The position numbers were made by a program, and so were the translations under genes. Under the pieces are notes generated by a model. It had not been told where the DNA came from, made no database searches, and saw nothing but the letters and a program-made list of their open reading frames with translations. From Octopus sinensis (Eukaryota), in assembly GCF_006345805.1 (NCBI RefSeq), contig NC_043000.1, positions 132,742,001 to 132,806,000 of the forward strand: a stretch of DNA of 64,000 nucleotides. The letters are read 5' to 3'. Position 1 is the stretch's first letter, and each line of letters opens with the position of its first letter. Positions 40,001-48,249 of this stretch are shown piece by piece.

Positions 40001-40257
40001 TAGTACGCACAGGTTGGCAGCATGTAGTTCAAAAATAAATCGAAATTTTGCAAAAGCTATCATATAACAAAAACTGTCGTAGCTCACCTCATATTGTAAG
40101 TTCCTGAACCAAGTTCAGACCCGAGTCCGGACAGCGAACCATCGAAGTCTGCAGCAAGTCCTCCATCGATATCCCAGTTAGTCACCTGAGAGAGACTGTG
40201 AATAATTTTTGACCGTTTTCCGGCCGTAGAAGAATCATCTGACCAGTTGACGGACAT
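758..40257 (-). CDS. TFCP2: TFCP2/LBP-1/UBP1 (gemini-like) CP2 transcription factor, 5' part; 9 coding exons, 3' end outside window
   Basis: Exons 40088-40257, 39611-39661, 15979-16055, 13318-13385, 9557-9662, 7892-8145, 6440-6508, 3690-3731 and 758-832 join in frame (912 nt, 304 codons), all GT-AG. The product carries CP2-subfamily motifs [91 protein letters not shown] and EKYQPSYE. Confidence 0.96.
3690..3731 (-). CDS. TFCP2: TFCP2 coding exon 8 ([14 protein letters not shown])
   Basis: ttgcag acceptor, GAG|gttagc donor, 42 nt, phase 0-0. Matches [14 protein letters not shown]. Confidence 0.95.
4492..4710. mobile_element. hAT (Charlie-like) MITE
   Basis: TIR cagtgcttttcaa / ttgaaaaccactg; perfect 8-bp TSD GTCTAGAT (4484-4491, 4711-4718). 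Confidence 0.92.
5288..5500 (-). mobile_element. tRNA-derived SINE, family A
   Basis: A/B-box head plus core gactttgcctttcatcctttc...gataaattaagtaccag; 18-bp TSD TGCCACTGTAAATATATT (5270-87, 5501-18). Older copies at 2572-2750, 4890-5090 and 17990-18170. Confidence 0.9.
5985..6203. mobile_element. piggyBac MITE (CCCTTTAG family)
   Basis: TTAA|ccctttagt...actaaaggg|TTAA; homologous copies at 16936-17146, 17696-17916 and 19978-20188. Confidence 0.85.
6440..6508 (-). CDS. TFCP2: TFCP2 coding exon 7 ([23 protein letters not shown])
   Basis: ccttag acceptor, AAA|gtaagg donor, 69 nt, phase 0-0. Confidence 0.97.
6520..7130 (-). mobile_element. Three tandem family A SINEs with (TTA)n tails
   Basis: Copies at about 6545-6768, 6793-6918 and 6945-7126, separated by (AAT)n. 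Confidence 0.85.
7892..8145 (-). CDS. TFCP2: TFCP2 coding exon 6 (DIPLSYG...[25 protein letters not shown]...[10 protein letters not shown])
   Basis: tcctag acceptor, AAG|gtaaga donor, 254 nt; core of the CP2/Grainyhead DNA-binding domain. Confidence 0.98.
8531..8929 (-). mobile_element. Family A SINE, double core
   Basis: Two tandem cores; TSD-like ctagcaaaag on both sides. Confidence 0.85.
9185..9520 (+). mobile_element. RTE-type LINE 3' fragment
   Basis: ORF 9167..9472 reads [16 protein letters not shown]...[10 protein letters not shown], an RTE C-terminal pattern. Confidence 0.8.
9557..9662 (-). CDS. TFCP2: TFCP2 coding exon 5 ([35 protein letters not shown])
   Basis: ttttgcag acceptor, TTG|gtgagt donor; lies within ORF-track 9477..9668. 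Confidence 0.97.
10562..10778. mobile_element. piggyBac MITE (CCCTTTCGTTAC family)
   Basis: TTAA flanks; TIR shared with 20806-21829; closely similar to 28312-28531. Confidence 0.85.
13318..13385 (-). CDS. TFCP2: TFCP2 coding exon 4 ([23 protein letters not shown])
   Basis: ttttctag acceptor, CGG|gtatgt donor; phases 1 and 0 fit the neighbouring exons. Confidence 0.96.
15979..16055 (-). CDS. TFCP2: TFCP2 coding exon 3 ([25 protein letters not shown])
   Basis: tttttcag acceptor, AAG|gtaaat donor; start of the CP2 DNA-binding domain. Confidence 0.97.
16936..17146. mobile_element. piggyBac MITE (CCCTTTAG family)
   Basis: Homologous to 5985-6203; TIRs and TTAA slightly decayed. Confidence 0.75.
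17696..17916. mobile_element. piggyBac MITE (CCCTTTAG family)
   Basis: TTAA|ccctttagc...actaaaggg|TTAA. Confidence 0.85.
19978..20188. mobile_element. piggyBac MITE (CCCTTTAG family), decayed
   Basis: Same internal sequence as 5985-6203; right end gggTTAA. Confidence 0.7.
20262..20345 (-). ncRNA. Degenerate type I hammerhead ribozyme in Penelope pLTR
   Basis: Minus strand reads ACATC-CTGATGA-GGGG...CTCT-GAAAC-GACTT-GT-G-GATGT. Stem I is 5 bp and the core is intact, but position 17 is G. Confidence 0.6.
20806..21829 (+). mobile_element. Internally deleted piggyBac transposon
   Basis: TTAA flanks on both sides, TIR CCCTTTCGTTAC. ORF 21127..21417 gives an acidic N-terminus plus YFFLLF...[10 protein letters not shown] and W.PTT..E.K...IIMG, the piggyBac transposase N-terminal pattern. 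Confidence 0.9.
23262..23648 (+). mobile_element. tRNA-derived SINE, family B (CORE-like), full length
   Basis: tggctgtgtggtaag / gggttcagtccc boxes, ccttgggcaagtgtctt core, internal (TA)(TG)n, aaacaagtaaaagag tail. Other + copies at 16635-16822, 24733-25145, 32694-33082 and 52093-52357. Confidence 0.9.
24040..24560 (+). mobile_element. R4/Dong-clade LINE relic (CCHC and RLE region)
   Basis: [10 protein letters not shown]...[20 protein letters not shown] motif pattern. Confidence 0.75.
25858..26229 (-). mobile_element. Non-autonomous Helitron
   Basis: Minus strand starts TC and ends with hairpin CCCGAGCAACGCTGGG followed 8 nt later by CTAG; inserted between A and T; no TSD. Confidence 0.75.
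26445..26825 (-). mobile_element. Family B SINE, full length
   Basis: Reverse complement of 23262-23648. Other - copies at 10020-10310, 34255-34437 and 42065-42451. Confidence 0.9.
26915..27216 (+). mobile_element. tRNA-derived SINE, further family
   Basis: tggctcagtggttagagc head followed by gtgttcttgagcaagatact core. Confidence 0.6.
28312..28531. mobile_element. piggyBac MITE (CCCTTTCGTTAC family)
   Basis: TTAA|ccctttcgttac...gtaacgaaaggg|TTAA. Confidence 0.87.
29814..30155. repeat. 98-bp inverted repeat (29814-29911 / 30058-30155) flanking the hammerhead
   Basis: The arms are reverse complements with 2 mismatches by manual alignment. Confidence 0.9.
29956..30019 (+). ncRNA. Type I hammerhead ribozyme (Penelope-type)
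   Basis: CAC-CTGATGA(29959-65)-stem II ATGACTGT.AA/TT.ACAGCCAT-GAAA(30005-08)-C GATC G-TA-GTG. Core complete, GUA cleavage triplet, palindromic stem III ACGATCGT. Confidence 0.8.
31128..32100 (+). mobile_element. 5'-truncated RTE LINE, degenerate
   Basis: [12 protein letters not shown]...[10 protein letters not shown]...FVCGRC...FRYLGD...KGRLYDACV...LCWYGHVM; frameshifts and stops present. Confidence 0.88.
35594..35812 (+). mobile_element. Family A SINE, full length
   Basis: ggtgagctggcagaa head, gagttcaaattc B-box, core and tail. Confidence 0.88.
35890..37260 (-). mobile_element. Decayed CR1-type LINE RT
   Basis: Degenerate [23 protein letters not shown] (PQGSVL.P.LFL-like) and [15 protein letters not shown]. 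Confidence 0.6.
38503..39016. mobile_element. piggyBac MITE with nested SINE (38585-38892)
   Basis: TTAA|ccctcttgttacc...ggtatcaaaaggg|TTAA. Confidence 0.7.
39611..39661 (-). CDS. TFCP2: TFCP2 coding exon 2 ([17 protein letters not shown])
   Basis: ttcttcag acceptor, GG|gtaagt donor, phase 2-2. Matches SDVLALPIFKQE. Confidence 0.93.
40088..40257 (-). CDS. TFCP2: TFCP2 coding exon 1 (MSVNWSDD...[20 protein letters not shown])
   Basis: ATG at 40257, open frame, donor AG|gtgagc (phase 2). Matches the TFCP2 N-terminal DFDASLSGIGQELG-YSMS motif. The exact start codon is less certain. Confidence 0.88.
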
Positions 40258-40259
40258 AG

Positions 40260-41700
40260 TACAAACTGAACGGTAACAATTTCACACGGAGTAACACACA
40301 TATACGACACAAGGGGACAAAACACACGCCTGAGACTGATCCCGCTCAGGCGGTGAACAGCACAAAACAGGGTGAAGGGGGAAACATAGGGTCAGCTATA
40401 TGGTATATATCTAAATGTATGTGATTCGATATTATAGCTAAAAAGGGAAAAAAAATTAAATTCCACTAAAAACAATAACAACACCTTCAAATTCAATTGT
40501 TAACAGTAAATGCGAGTGCTTGCCTATGGCAGTATGAGGAAAGCAGGTTGAAGGAAAGAAGGCATTAAAAGAAAATAGTTTTAGATTTGAAACGAATTTA
40601 AATTAGACAATTATGTTTTTGGTGATAAATCAAGTCATATTACAGAGAGTCGACACGGTAATATGTTCAGAAAACTGCCATGCTCACAAATCAGGTGCGT
40701 CAGAAACCAAGCAATAATGATGGTCAAAGAGAACACAGAAAAAAGTAAACATCTTTCAAGGAGGGTCCTTCAAAAACTGTTCCCTGTTACAGAAATTCTG
40801 AAAGGGACCGTAATTCGAAACTTCGACTACTGCCAAGTAGAATAAAAACGTAATACATAAATAGAAGAGTTGTCCCAATTACATTTCTACACTTATATGT
40901 ATATTTAAAAAGAGTTTATATATTTTAAAAATATATTCAGATATAACAACAAAGTTCAACTGCAACGTACAAACCAGGCAAAGTAATAGATAATGGTTAT
41001 ATACATCCAAGTTATAAAAAGTTATATTGTCGATAAAAATACATCGTTAAATTTAGAATAATTAACGATTCTTATAAGAAAACAATAAGATTAAAATAAC
41101 AGATTAAAGGTAGATATACACGGAAAAGGGTTAAAACTGGATGGTTTTGCTAAAACCCATACAGGCACCAAATGTTTATGGTTTCTTCAGTGTGACAGAT
41201 TTTCAATTATTTACGCTACGTAATCAATTTTCATTTGCGATATTCCTTAGGCAAAAAATATTTTACTCCATATTAAGTGCATAAATCAAATTTCTAAGGT
41301 TTTCCAATCGGGTATAAGTAGGCATTTGAACGAAAGACGATTTTTCAACTCCCACATAAAAAATAAATATATAGAGTTATCGGCCGTAGAAAGTCTGAAT
41401 CATGGCGGTCAATTATAGCATTCTATGGCACTTATCGAAAATTAATTCGTTTGTCGTGAAAAATAATTGTTTTAGCATGTCAAATTTATTTAGCTCGTTT
41501 TACATTAAATTTTTCTTTTAATTTCTTTTTATCAATATGAAATAAAAAGTTAATAAGCTACAAATATTATATTTTTTCTTTAACAGTAAAACTACATGTA
41601 ACTATGACGTCAGACAAAAACGACCTTAACTCACTTTCGCGCGCGCATACACACATACACACACTGGCCTTATAGTTAGTGGTAAGGGAGACAACACTAT
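40260..41700. promoter_or_regulatory. CpG-rich candidate promoter / 5'UTR region of TFCP2
   Basis: Repeat-free and CpG-rich, directly upstream of the first ATG. Contains a palindromic CRE TGACGTCA (41605-41612), E2F-like TTTCGCGC (41635-41642) and YY1-like CCGCCAT (minus strand, 41402-41408). Motif function is inferred. Confidence 0.55.
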
Positions 41701-42769
41701 CATGGCTTTTAATTCAAAATAAAAATTACATAAAAAAGAAATCAAATTTACTTAAGAAATAAATAAATATTGCAATGATGTAACTAATGTTTTTATCTAT
41801 CAGACATATACTTGTCTATGTCTGATATCTGCCCGTATATTAATGGATGCATGTAGGTAAGTAACAATAAGACCAATGAAACAGACAGCCAAATTGCTCT
41901 TTTCCATTCTTAACAGACTTAAAAAATTCAGAAACACCCCCACCTCATCTCATTCACAGAATTAACTACTTAATTATTAAATTAATGATTAACTGAGATG
42001 GGATAGCGAGTATATAATTGTAGGTATGTACATTTATATAGACATAAAATTTCGGTGTATATCTCTTTCTCTCTCTTTTTACTTGTTTGTCATTTTGACT
42101 GCGGCCATGCTGGAGCACCGCCTTTAATCGAGCAACTCGACCCCAGGACTTATTCTTTGTAAGCCCAGTACTTATTCTATCGGTCTCTTTTGCCGAACCG
42201 CTAAGTGACGGGGACATAAACACACCAGCATCGGTTGTCAAGCAATGCTAGGGGGCCAACACAGACACACAAATACATATACATATATACGACGGGCTTC
42301 TTTCAGTTTCCATCTACCAAATCCACTCACAAGCTTTGGTTGGCCCAAGGCTATAGTAGAAGACACTTGCCCAAGGTGCCACGCAGTGGGACTGAACCCG
42401 GAACCATGTGGTTGGTAAACAAGCTACTTACCACACAGCCACTCCTGCGCCTATGTATATGCACATAACTATAAAATCACATACACCAGTAGAAATAATA
42501 TATCTGAATAGATATACAGTTGATAGATTAATTCCAGTCAGAATTGACTGTATCAAAAGATAACGCTGATTTAGGAATGTACCAATAAGCTGAGACAGTA
42601 TTGTTTCCTTCATGTGTACAAACTGAATGTTCATCAGTGCCATATATGTGTCCAATGTCTTGAAAGCCTTTAAGTAATTTATTATATAAAAATATATATC
42701 AGTGAGAACAGTCAAAATCAAAATCAAACCAAATCAATACATATATCAGAAAGCAGAACCAAATTGAGG

Positions 42770-43290
42770 TCGATCAACATCAGGGCCCCCGTGCAGGTGA
42801 CACGTAAAAGCACCATCCGTTTGTGGCCGTTTGCCAGCCCTGTCTGGCCCCCGTGTCGGTGGCACGTAAAAGCATAAAAGCACCATCCGTTCGTGTTCGT
42901 TGCCAGCCTCCCCTGGCCCCCGTGCCGGTGACACGTAAAAGCACCATCCGTTTCGTGGACGTTTGCCAGCTCTGTCTGGCCCCGTGTTGGTGGCACGTAA
43001 AAGCACCATCTGTTCATGTCCATTGCCAGCCTCGCCTGGCCCCCGTGCCGGTGACACGTAAAAGCACCATCCGTTCGTGGCCGTTTGCCAGCTCTGTCTG
43101 GCACCTGTGCGGGTGGCACGTAAAAAGTACCCACTACACTCACGGAGTGGTTGGCGTTAGGAAGAGCATCCAGCCGTAGAAACACTGCCAGATCTGACTG
43201 GGCCTGATGAAGCCTTCCGGCTTCACAGACCCCAGTTGAACCGTCCAACCCATGCTAGCATGGAGAATGGACGCTAAATGATGATGATGA
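42770..43290 (+). mobile_element. RTE-tailed SINE/LINE 3' element, family C, with expanded internal array
   Basis: ggcacgtaaaagcacc subrepeats, ggcgttaggaagagcatccag, and (GAT)n tail. Other + copies at 5640-5895, 11640-12017, 14915-15165, 16225-16385, 25160-25525, 32100-32440, 45730-46045 and 48855-49180. Confidence 0.85.
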
Positions 43291-43299
43291 TATATATAT

Positions 43300-43735
43300 A
43301 TCATCATCATCGTTTAGCGTCCGCTTTCCATGCTGGCATGGGTTGGATGATTTGACTGAGGACTGGTGAACCAGATGGTTGCACCAGGCTCTAATCTTGA
43401 TCTGGCAGAGTTTCTACAGCTGAATGCCTTTCCTAATGCCAACCACTCCGAGAGTGTAGTGGGTGCTTTAATGTGCCACCAGGACGAAGGCCAGTCAGGC
43501 CACACTCAAATGTTTTTTTTTATGTGCCACCTGCACAGGAGCCAGTCCAGCAGCACTGGCAACGACCTCGCTCGTATGTCTTTTCACGTGCCACCAGCAC
43601 AAATGCCAGTAAGGTGACGCTGGTAATAATCACGCTCAAATGGTGCTGTTTACGTGCCATCGGCATGGAAGCCGGTTAGCCGCTCTGGCAACGATCACAC
43701 TCGGATGGGGCTCTTAGCACTCTACTAGCATAGAT
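43300..43735 (-). mobile_element. Family C element, tail-to-tail with 42770-43290
   Basis: Other - copies at 5108-5262, 34833-35070, 37740-38070, 38585-38892, 44000-44250, 46088-46300 and 61870-62050. Confidence 0.85.
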
Positions 43736-43748
43736 GCCATATATATAT

Positions 43749-43780
<32 letters not shown>

Positions 43781-43967
43781 AGGGGGTGTGGAAAAGTTCC
43801 TGGCTCTAAGGGTATCCGAATTCTTTTACAGGACTTAGAAAAACTGAAGGACCACTGCAATAAGTGTGTGAATCTGAGAGGGGAATATGTTGAATAAAAT
43901 CATAATTAACTGATCCGCATGTATTTTCTTTGACCCAAAGCCAGGAACTTCTCAATACAATCTTGTG
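43781..43967 (+). mobile_element. Mariner-derived MITE
   Basis: TIR-like aaaagttcctggct / agccaggaactt; retains transposase C-terminus GLEKLKDHCNKCVNLRGEYVE*; set in (TA)n. Confidence 0.75.
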
Positions 43968-43998
<31 letters not shown>

Positions 43999-44494
43999 TA
44001 TCATTATCATTTAACATCCATTGTCCATGCTGGCATGGGTTGAATGGTTTGACCAGAGCTAGCAAACCAGGGACCAGCACCAAGTTCCAGTCTGATTTTA
44101 GCATATTTTCTATGGCTGGATGCCCTTACTAACACCAAACACTTTACAGAGTGTGCTGGATGCTTTTACATGACACCACATGGCCACCTTTACATTGTAC
44201 CGCTTGAGTGCTTTTACGTTGCACCACCACAAGAGCTTTTTATGTGGCACCAGCACAGGACTTTTTCAGGTCAATCTTCTCCACCAGGGGGTACGGGTCT
44301 TCTTGGGTACAGCAAGGCACCAGGCATTTTGGTCTTTTGTCATCTTGCCTAGTTGTCCATGAGTCAAAAAGAAAGCACATTCAATATGAGTTATAGAATG
44401 ATTATAATTTTATATCGTCAAGCAGTATATTACTGTCAGTGGCATGTAACTGGCCAGAATGTTACTGTTGGTCTTGCATTGACAACTGCAGTTT

Positions 44495-44800
44495 CTTATT
44501 TCTTATTTCTTTACTGCCCACAAGGAGCTACACACAGAGGGAGACAACCAAGGACAGACAAACAGAATAAGTCGATTATATCGACTCCAGTGCATAACTG
44601 GTACTTATTTAATCTACCCCAATGTGTAACTGGTACTTATTTAATCAACCCCAGTGCGTAACTGTTACTTATTTAATCGACCTGAAAGGATGAAAGGCAA
44701 AGTCGACCTCAGCGGAATTTGAACTCAGAACGTAACGGCAGACGAAATACTGCTAAGCATTTTGCCCGGCATGCTAACGTTTCTGCCAGCTTGCCGCCTT
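44495..44800 (-). mobile_element. Family A SINE with triplicated core segment
   Basis: cagtgc(a/g)taactggtacttattt repeated about 3 times; 5'-truncated opposite-strand copy at 45310-45455. Confidence 0.85.
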
Positions 44801-46636
44801 CATTGACAAGCGCAGTTGGCAATATTGATGACTCTTCAAATATGAAAGCCAGAAGTACATAGCCTCTTTTATGCTGGAAATATTATATAAACTCTGATTG
44901 ATTCAGAGTTGATAAAACGAACAAACTATAGAGAAAAAAAATTATATCAGTTTCCCTCATCAGCAAAATACCTACATAACTTGTCAATGACTGCAAGAAC
45001 TCCTCACTGAGAAGCCAATTGTAAACTAAACATGGAGAGGAGAGAAACAACTACACAAAGTTATCTGCCAACTGAAACACTTCATGAAAATGTATCCAAA
45101 TTCAAACACCATAACAGAGTGAGAGGTTAGGCTGCATTTCTCACTGTAAGTAAGGCCTCCATATGCTCTAAATTTTGATAAAAGTAGAAGGAAAATGATC
45201 ACCAAAAATTCTAATAATCATCCTAATTATAACAACCCTCTTCTCTCTCTACACACACCTTTGGCAATACTCTACCATTTATATTCTGACTGCCATACCT
45301 TGAAGGTATTCGTTGACTTTGCCTTTCATCCTTTCGGGGTCGATAAATTAAGTACCAGTTACGCACTGGGGTCGATGTAATCGACTTAATACCTATGTCT
45401 GTCCTTGTTTGTCCCCTCTGCGTTTAGCCCCTTGTGGGTAATAAAGAAATAGGTATTCCCAGGCACTTCACCACCATTTATCTCTCTCTTGTTCTATTCT
45501 ACCATCTCATTTATATTCTGATCCCCATTCTTTGTGAGCATTCCTTGGCACTTCACCACCATCTCTCTCCTGTTCTCTCTTCCACTCTCTCTCTCTCTCT
45601 CTCTCTGACCAGGTAACCATATACCTCCTCTACAGCAACACACTTGTATCTGTCACACTCTAACTTTTCGTCATCTGACACAAGATCACCTCCTCCAATT
45701 CCCCCTCACCTCTCAAAGAATCTTTGTCTTGCAAGTTACTTGGTGACCCTGCCAGTGTTGGTGCCACATAAAAAATATCCAGTCTATACTGTAAAGTTGT
45801 TGGCATTTCGAAGGGCATCAAGCTGTACAAACCATGCCAAAACTGACCTTGCCTGTGCTGGTGCCATGTAAAAAGCATTCATTCCATTCTGTGGGGTAAT
45901 TGGTGTTAGGAAGGACATCCAGCTATAAAAGAAAAAACTATGCCAAAACAGACACTGAAGCTTGGTACAGTCTTCTGCCTAGCTAGCTCCAGTCAAACTG
46001 TCTAACACATGCCAGTATGGAAAGTGGACGTTAAACAACAACAACAACGACGACGACGACGATTATTATTATTAACTACCCCCTTTTCACCATCATCATT
46101 TAACATCCATTTTCCATACTGGCATGGGTTGGACAGCTTGAAAGGAACTGGCAAGACCAGGAGCCACACCAGGTCCCATAGTATGTTTTAGTTTAGATTC
46201 AACAGCTGGATGTCTTTTCTAATGCCAACCACTTTACAGAATGTATTGGATACTTTTTACATTGCACCATCACCAGTGATTTTTATGTGGCACCAGCACC
46301 AAGGAAGAGGACCACTCATTACTTTTCCCCCAAGACTGGTAGTTGGAAATTATCCTTATAATTAACTCAAGTACTAGAAACACAATAAGCTGCACTTTAG
46401 ACAACCGATGACCAAGTGGTGACATGAAATTGGACAACAAATTGAGTCTATCACTCCAAGAATAGGAACAATCCCTCTAAATGAGCCTCCATATGATGTC
46501 CCAATTTCACTTACAAAGCTTTGTCTGTTTCAGGTCAATGGTTAGAATTTTTCAACCTGAGATATTTGAGACATTCATAGGGACAAAGATGTTTTTGTTA
46601 TCACTGGCTCTCTGTCCCACCTAATAATCATATGAT

Positions 46637-47036
46637 TCTTTTTTTCCACTGTAGGCACAAGGCCTGAAATTTTGGGGGAGGGCGATAGTCAATTAGATTG
46701 ACCCCGGTATGCAATTAGTACTTAATTTATTGACCCTGAAAGGATGAAAGGCAAAGTTGACCTTGGCAGAATTTGAACTCAGAACGGAAAGACAGACAAA
46801 ATACCTATTTCTTTACTACCCACAAAGGGTTAAACACAGAGAGGACAAACAAGGACAAACAAATGGATTAAGTCGATTATATCAACCCCAGTGCGTAACT
46901 GGTACTTAATTTATCGACCCCGAAAGGATGAAAGGCAAAGTCAACCTCGGTGGAATTTGAACTTAGAACGGAAAGACAAACAAAATACCGCTAAGCATTT
47001 CGCCCGGCCTGCTAACATTCTGCCAGCTCACCACCT
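46637..47036 (-). mobile_element. Family A SINE, double core
   Basis: TSD-like aatcatatgat on both sides; a further copy at 58195-58378 (+). Confidence 0.85.
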
Positions 47037-47044
47037 AAGAATCA

Positions 47045-48225
47045 TATGATGGTCACCGATTACACTTGTAATGTACGAATTAGCCGGTCAATTTCTCTTT
47101 ATGAAAATCCTAGTTTATCCAGATTCTCCTTTAAGTATTTACTAAAAAAACCCAGTGCTCCAATTATTATTGGCATGAATTTGAATTCATAGTCTGGATA
47201 TAGAAGCCGGAGCTTTTGAAGCAATTGTCTGTAGATATACTCTTTTTCTTCAGATCACTTTCCCTCATCCACAGCCACCGGTCTTCAATATCTGTCTTGG
47301 AATTTATGTCTCTTGCAAACTGTCCATACACTTTTTTTTTACCTTTCTATGCTGTTTCTTATTTTGTGGTCTTTTCCTCTTTAAATTTTTGTTTAGTTAC
47401 ACAATTCTCAGTTTTGATGACACCAGCCTTCTTGGCATGAGTATTTTTACATACCACCCTAAGCTGTTTTCCTCTGTTTTGATACAATCCTGGCAACAGA
47501 ACAAACCTCTCCCATCCTTTCTTTTGGACAAGTACAGCCTGTTGGTGTCACTTTTAGGGTGGAAGGCTCTGTGTACTGTTAACATTTTTCTTGTCTTTGT
47601 ATCCATTTCAATCAGTTCTTTCTTTTGCCATTTTATAATTCCAGCTCCATACCAAAGTGATGATATTGCCCAGGTATTAACAGTTTGGATTTTATTCCAT
47701 ACGGTCAGTTTTGAATGCAGCACCAATCTTAGTCTTTGGAAATATTCCATCCTCAGTCGCACTTTTATTTCCTTCTCCATTATTTCATTGAACTCTAGTG
47801 TGCGCAGATATTTGTATCCTTCCATTTCAATTTGCTTAATCAAGTCTCTACTTGGTAATTCTATCCCTACTGGGGACTGTGCTTTGCCTCTTTTTAGATA
47901 GATTACTCTGCACTTCTTGAGTCCAAATTCATTTCTAATATCAGTACTAAAACAGTGGACTGTGTTCACCAAGGAACTCACTTGTGTCTCATCTTTGCCA
48001 TACAGTTTCAAATCATCTATGAAGAGGAGGTGGTTGATAGTTTGGAATTTTCCCTTTAGCTAATACACCAGGTTTATTTTCCTAAGTGCCAGGATGTCCA
48101 AGCTTTTTCCGTAGGATGTCAGTTCCCTTTTCCATCCCATCATACCTCTCTCCAGAAAACAGGTTTCATTTCTTGCAATTCCAAACAGATCTAAGCATTC
48201 CATGATCCACAAATGTAGGCTCATA
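47045..48225 (-). mobile_element. R4/Dong-clade LINE relic (RT plus C-terminus)
   Basis: INHLLFIDDLKLYG...EFGLKKC...YKYL...HPKSDTNRLYLSKRKDGRGL; later PIIIGALG. Confidence 0.88.
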
Positions 48226-48249
48226 TTATTATTATTATTATTATACAGT

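Noticed and set aside
40221-41391. Shared 11-mer CGGCCGTAGAA in exon 1 and in the promoter region
   Set aside because: Similarity does not extend convincingly; likely coincidence.
42585-42645. Minus-strand CTGATGA...GAAAC...GTC
   Set aside because: Stem I and the stem II closing pair do not form; probably chance.
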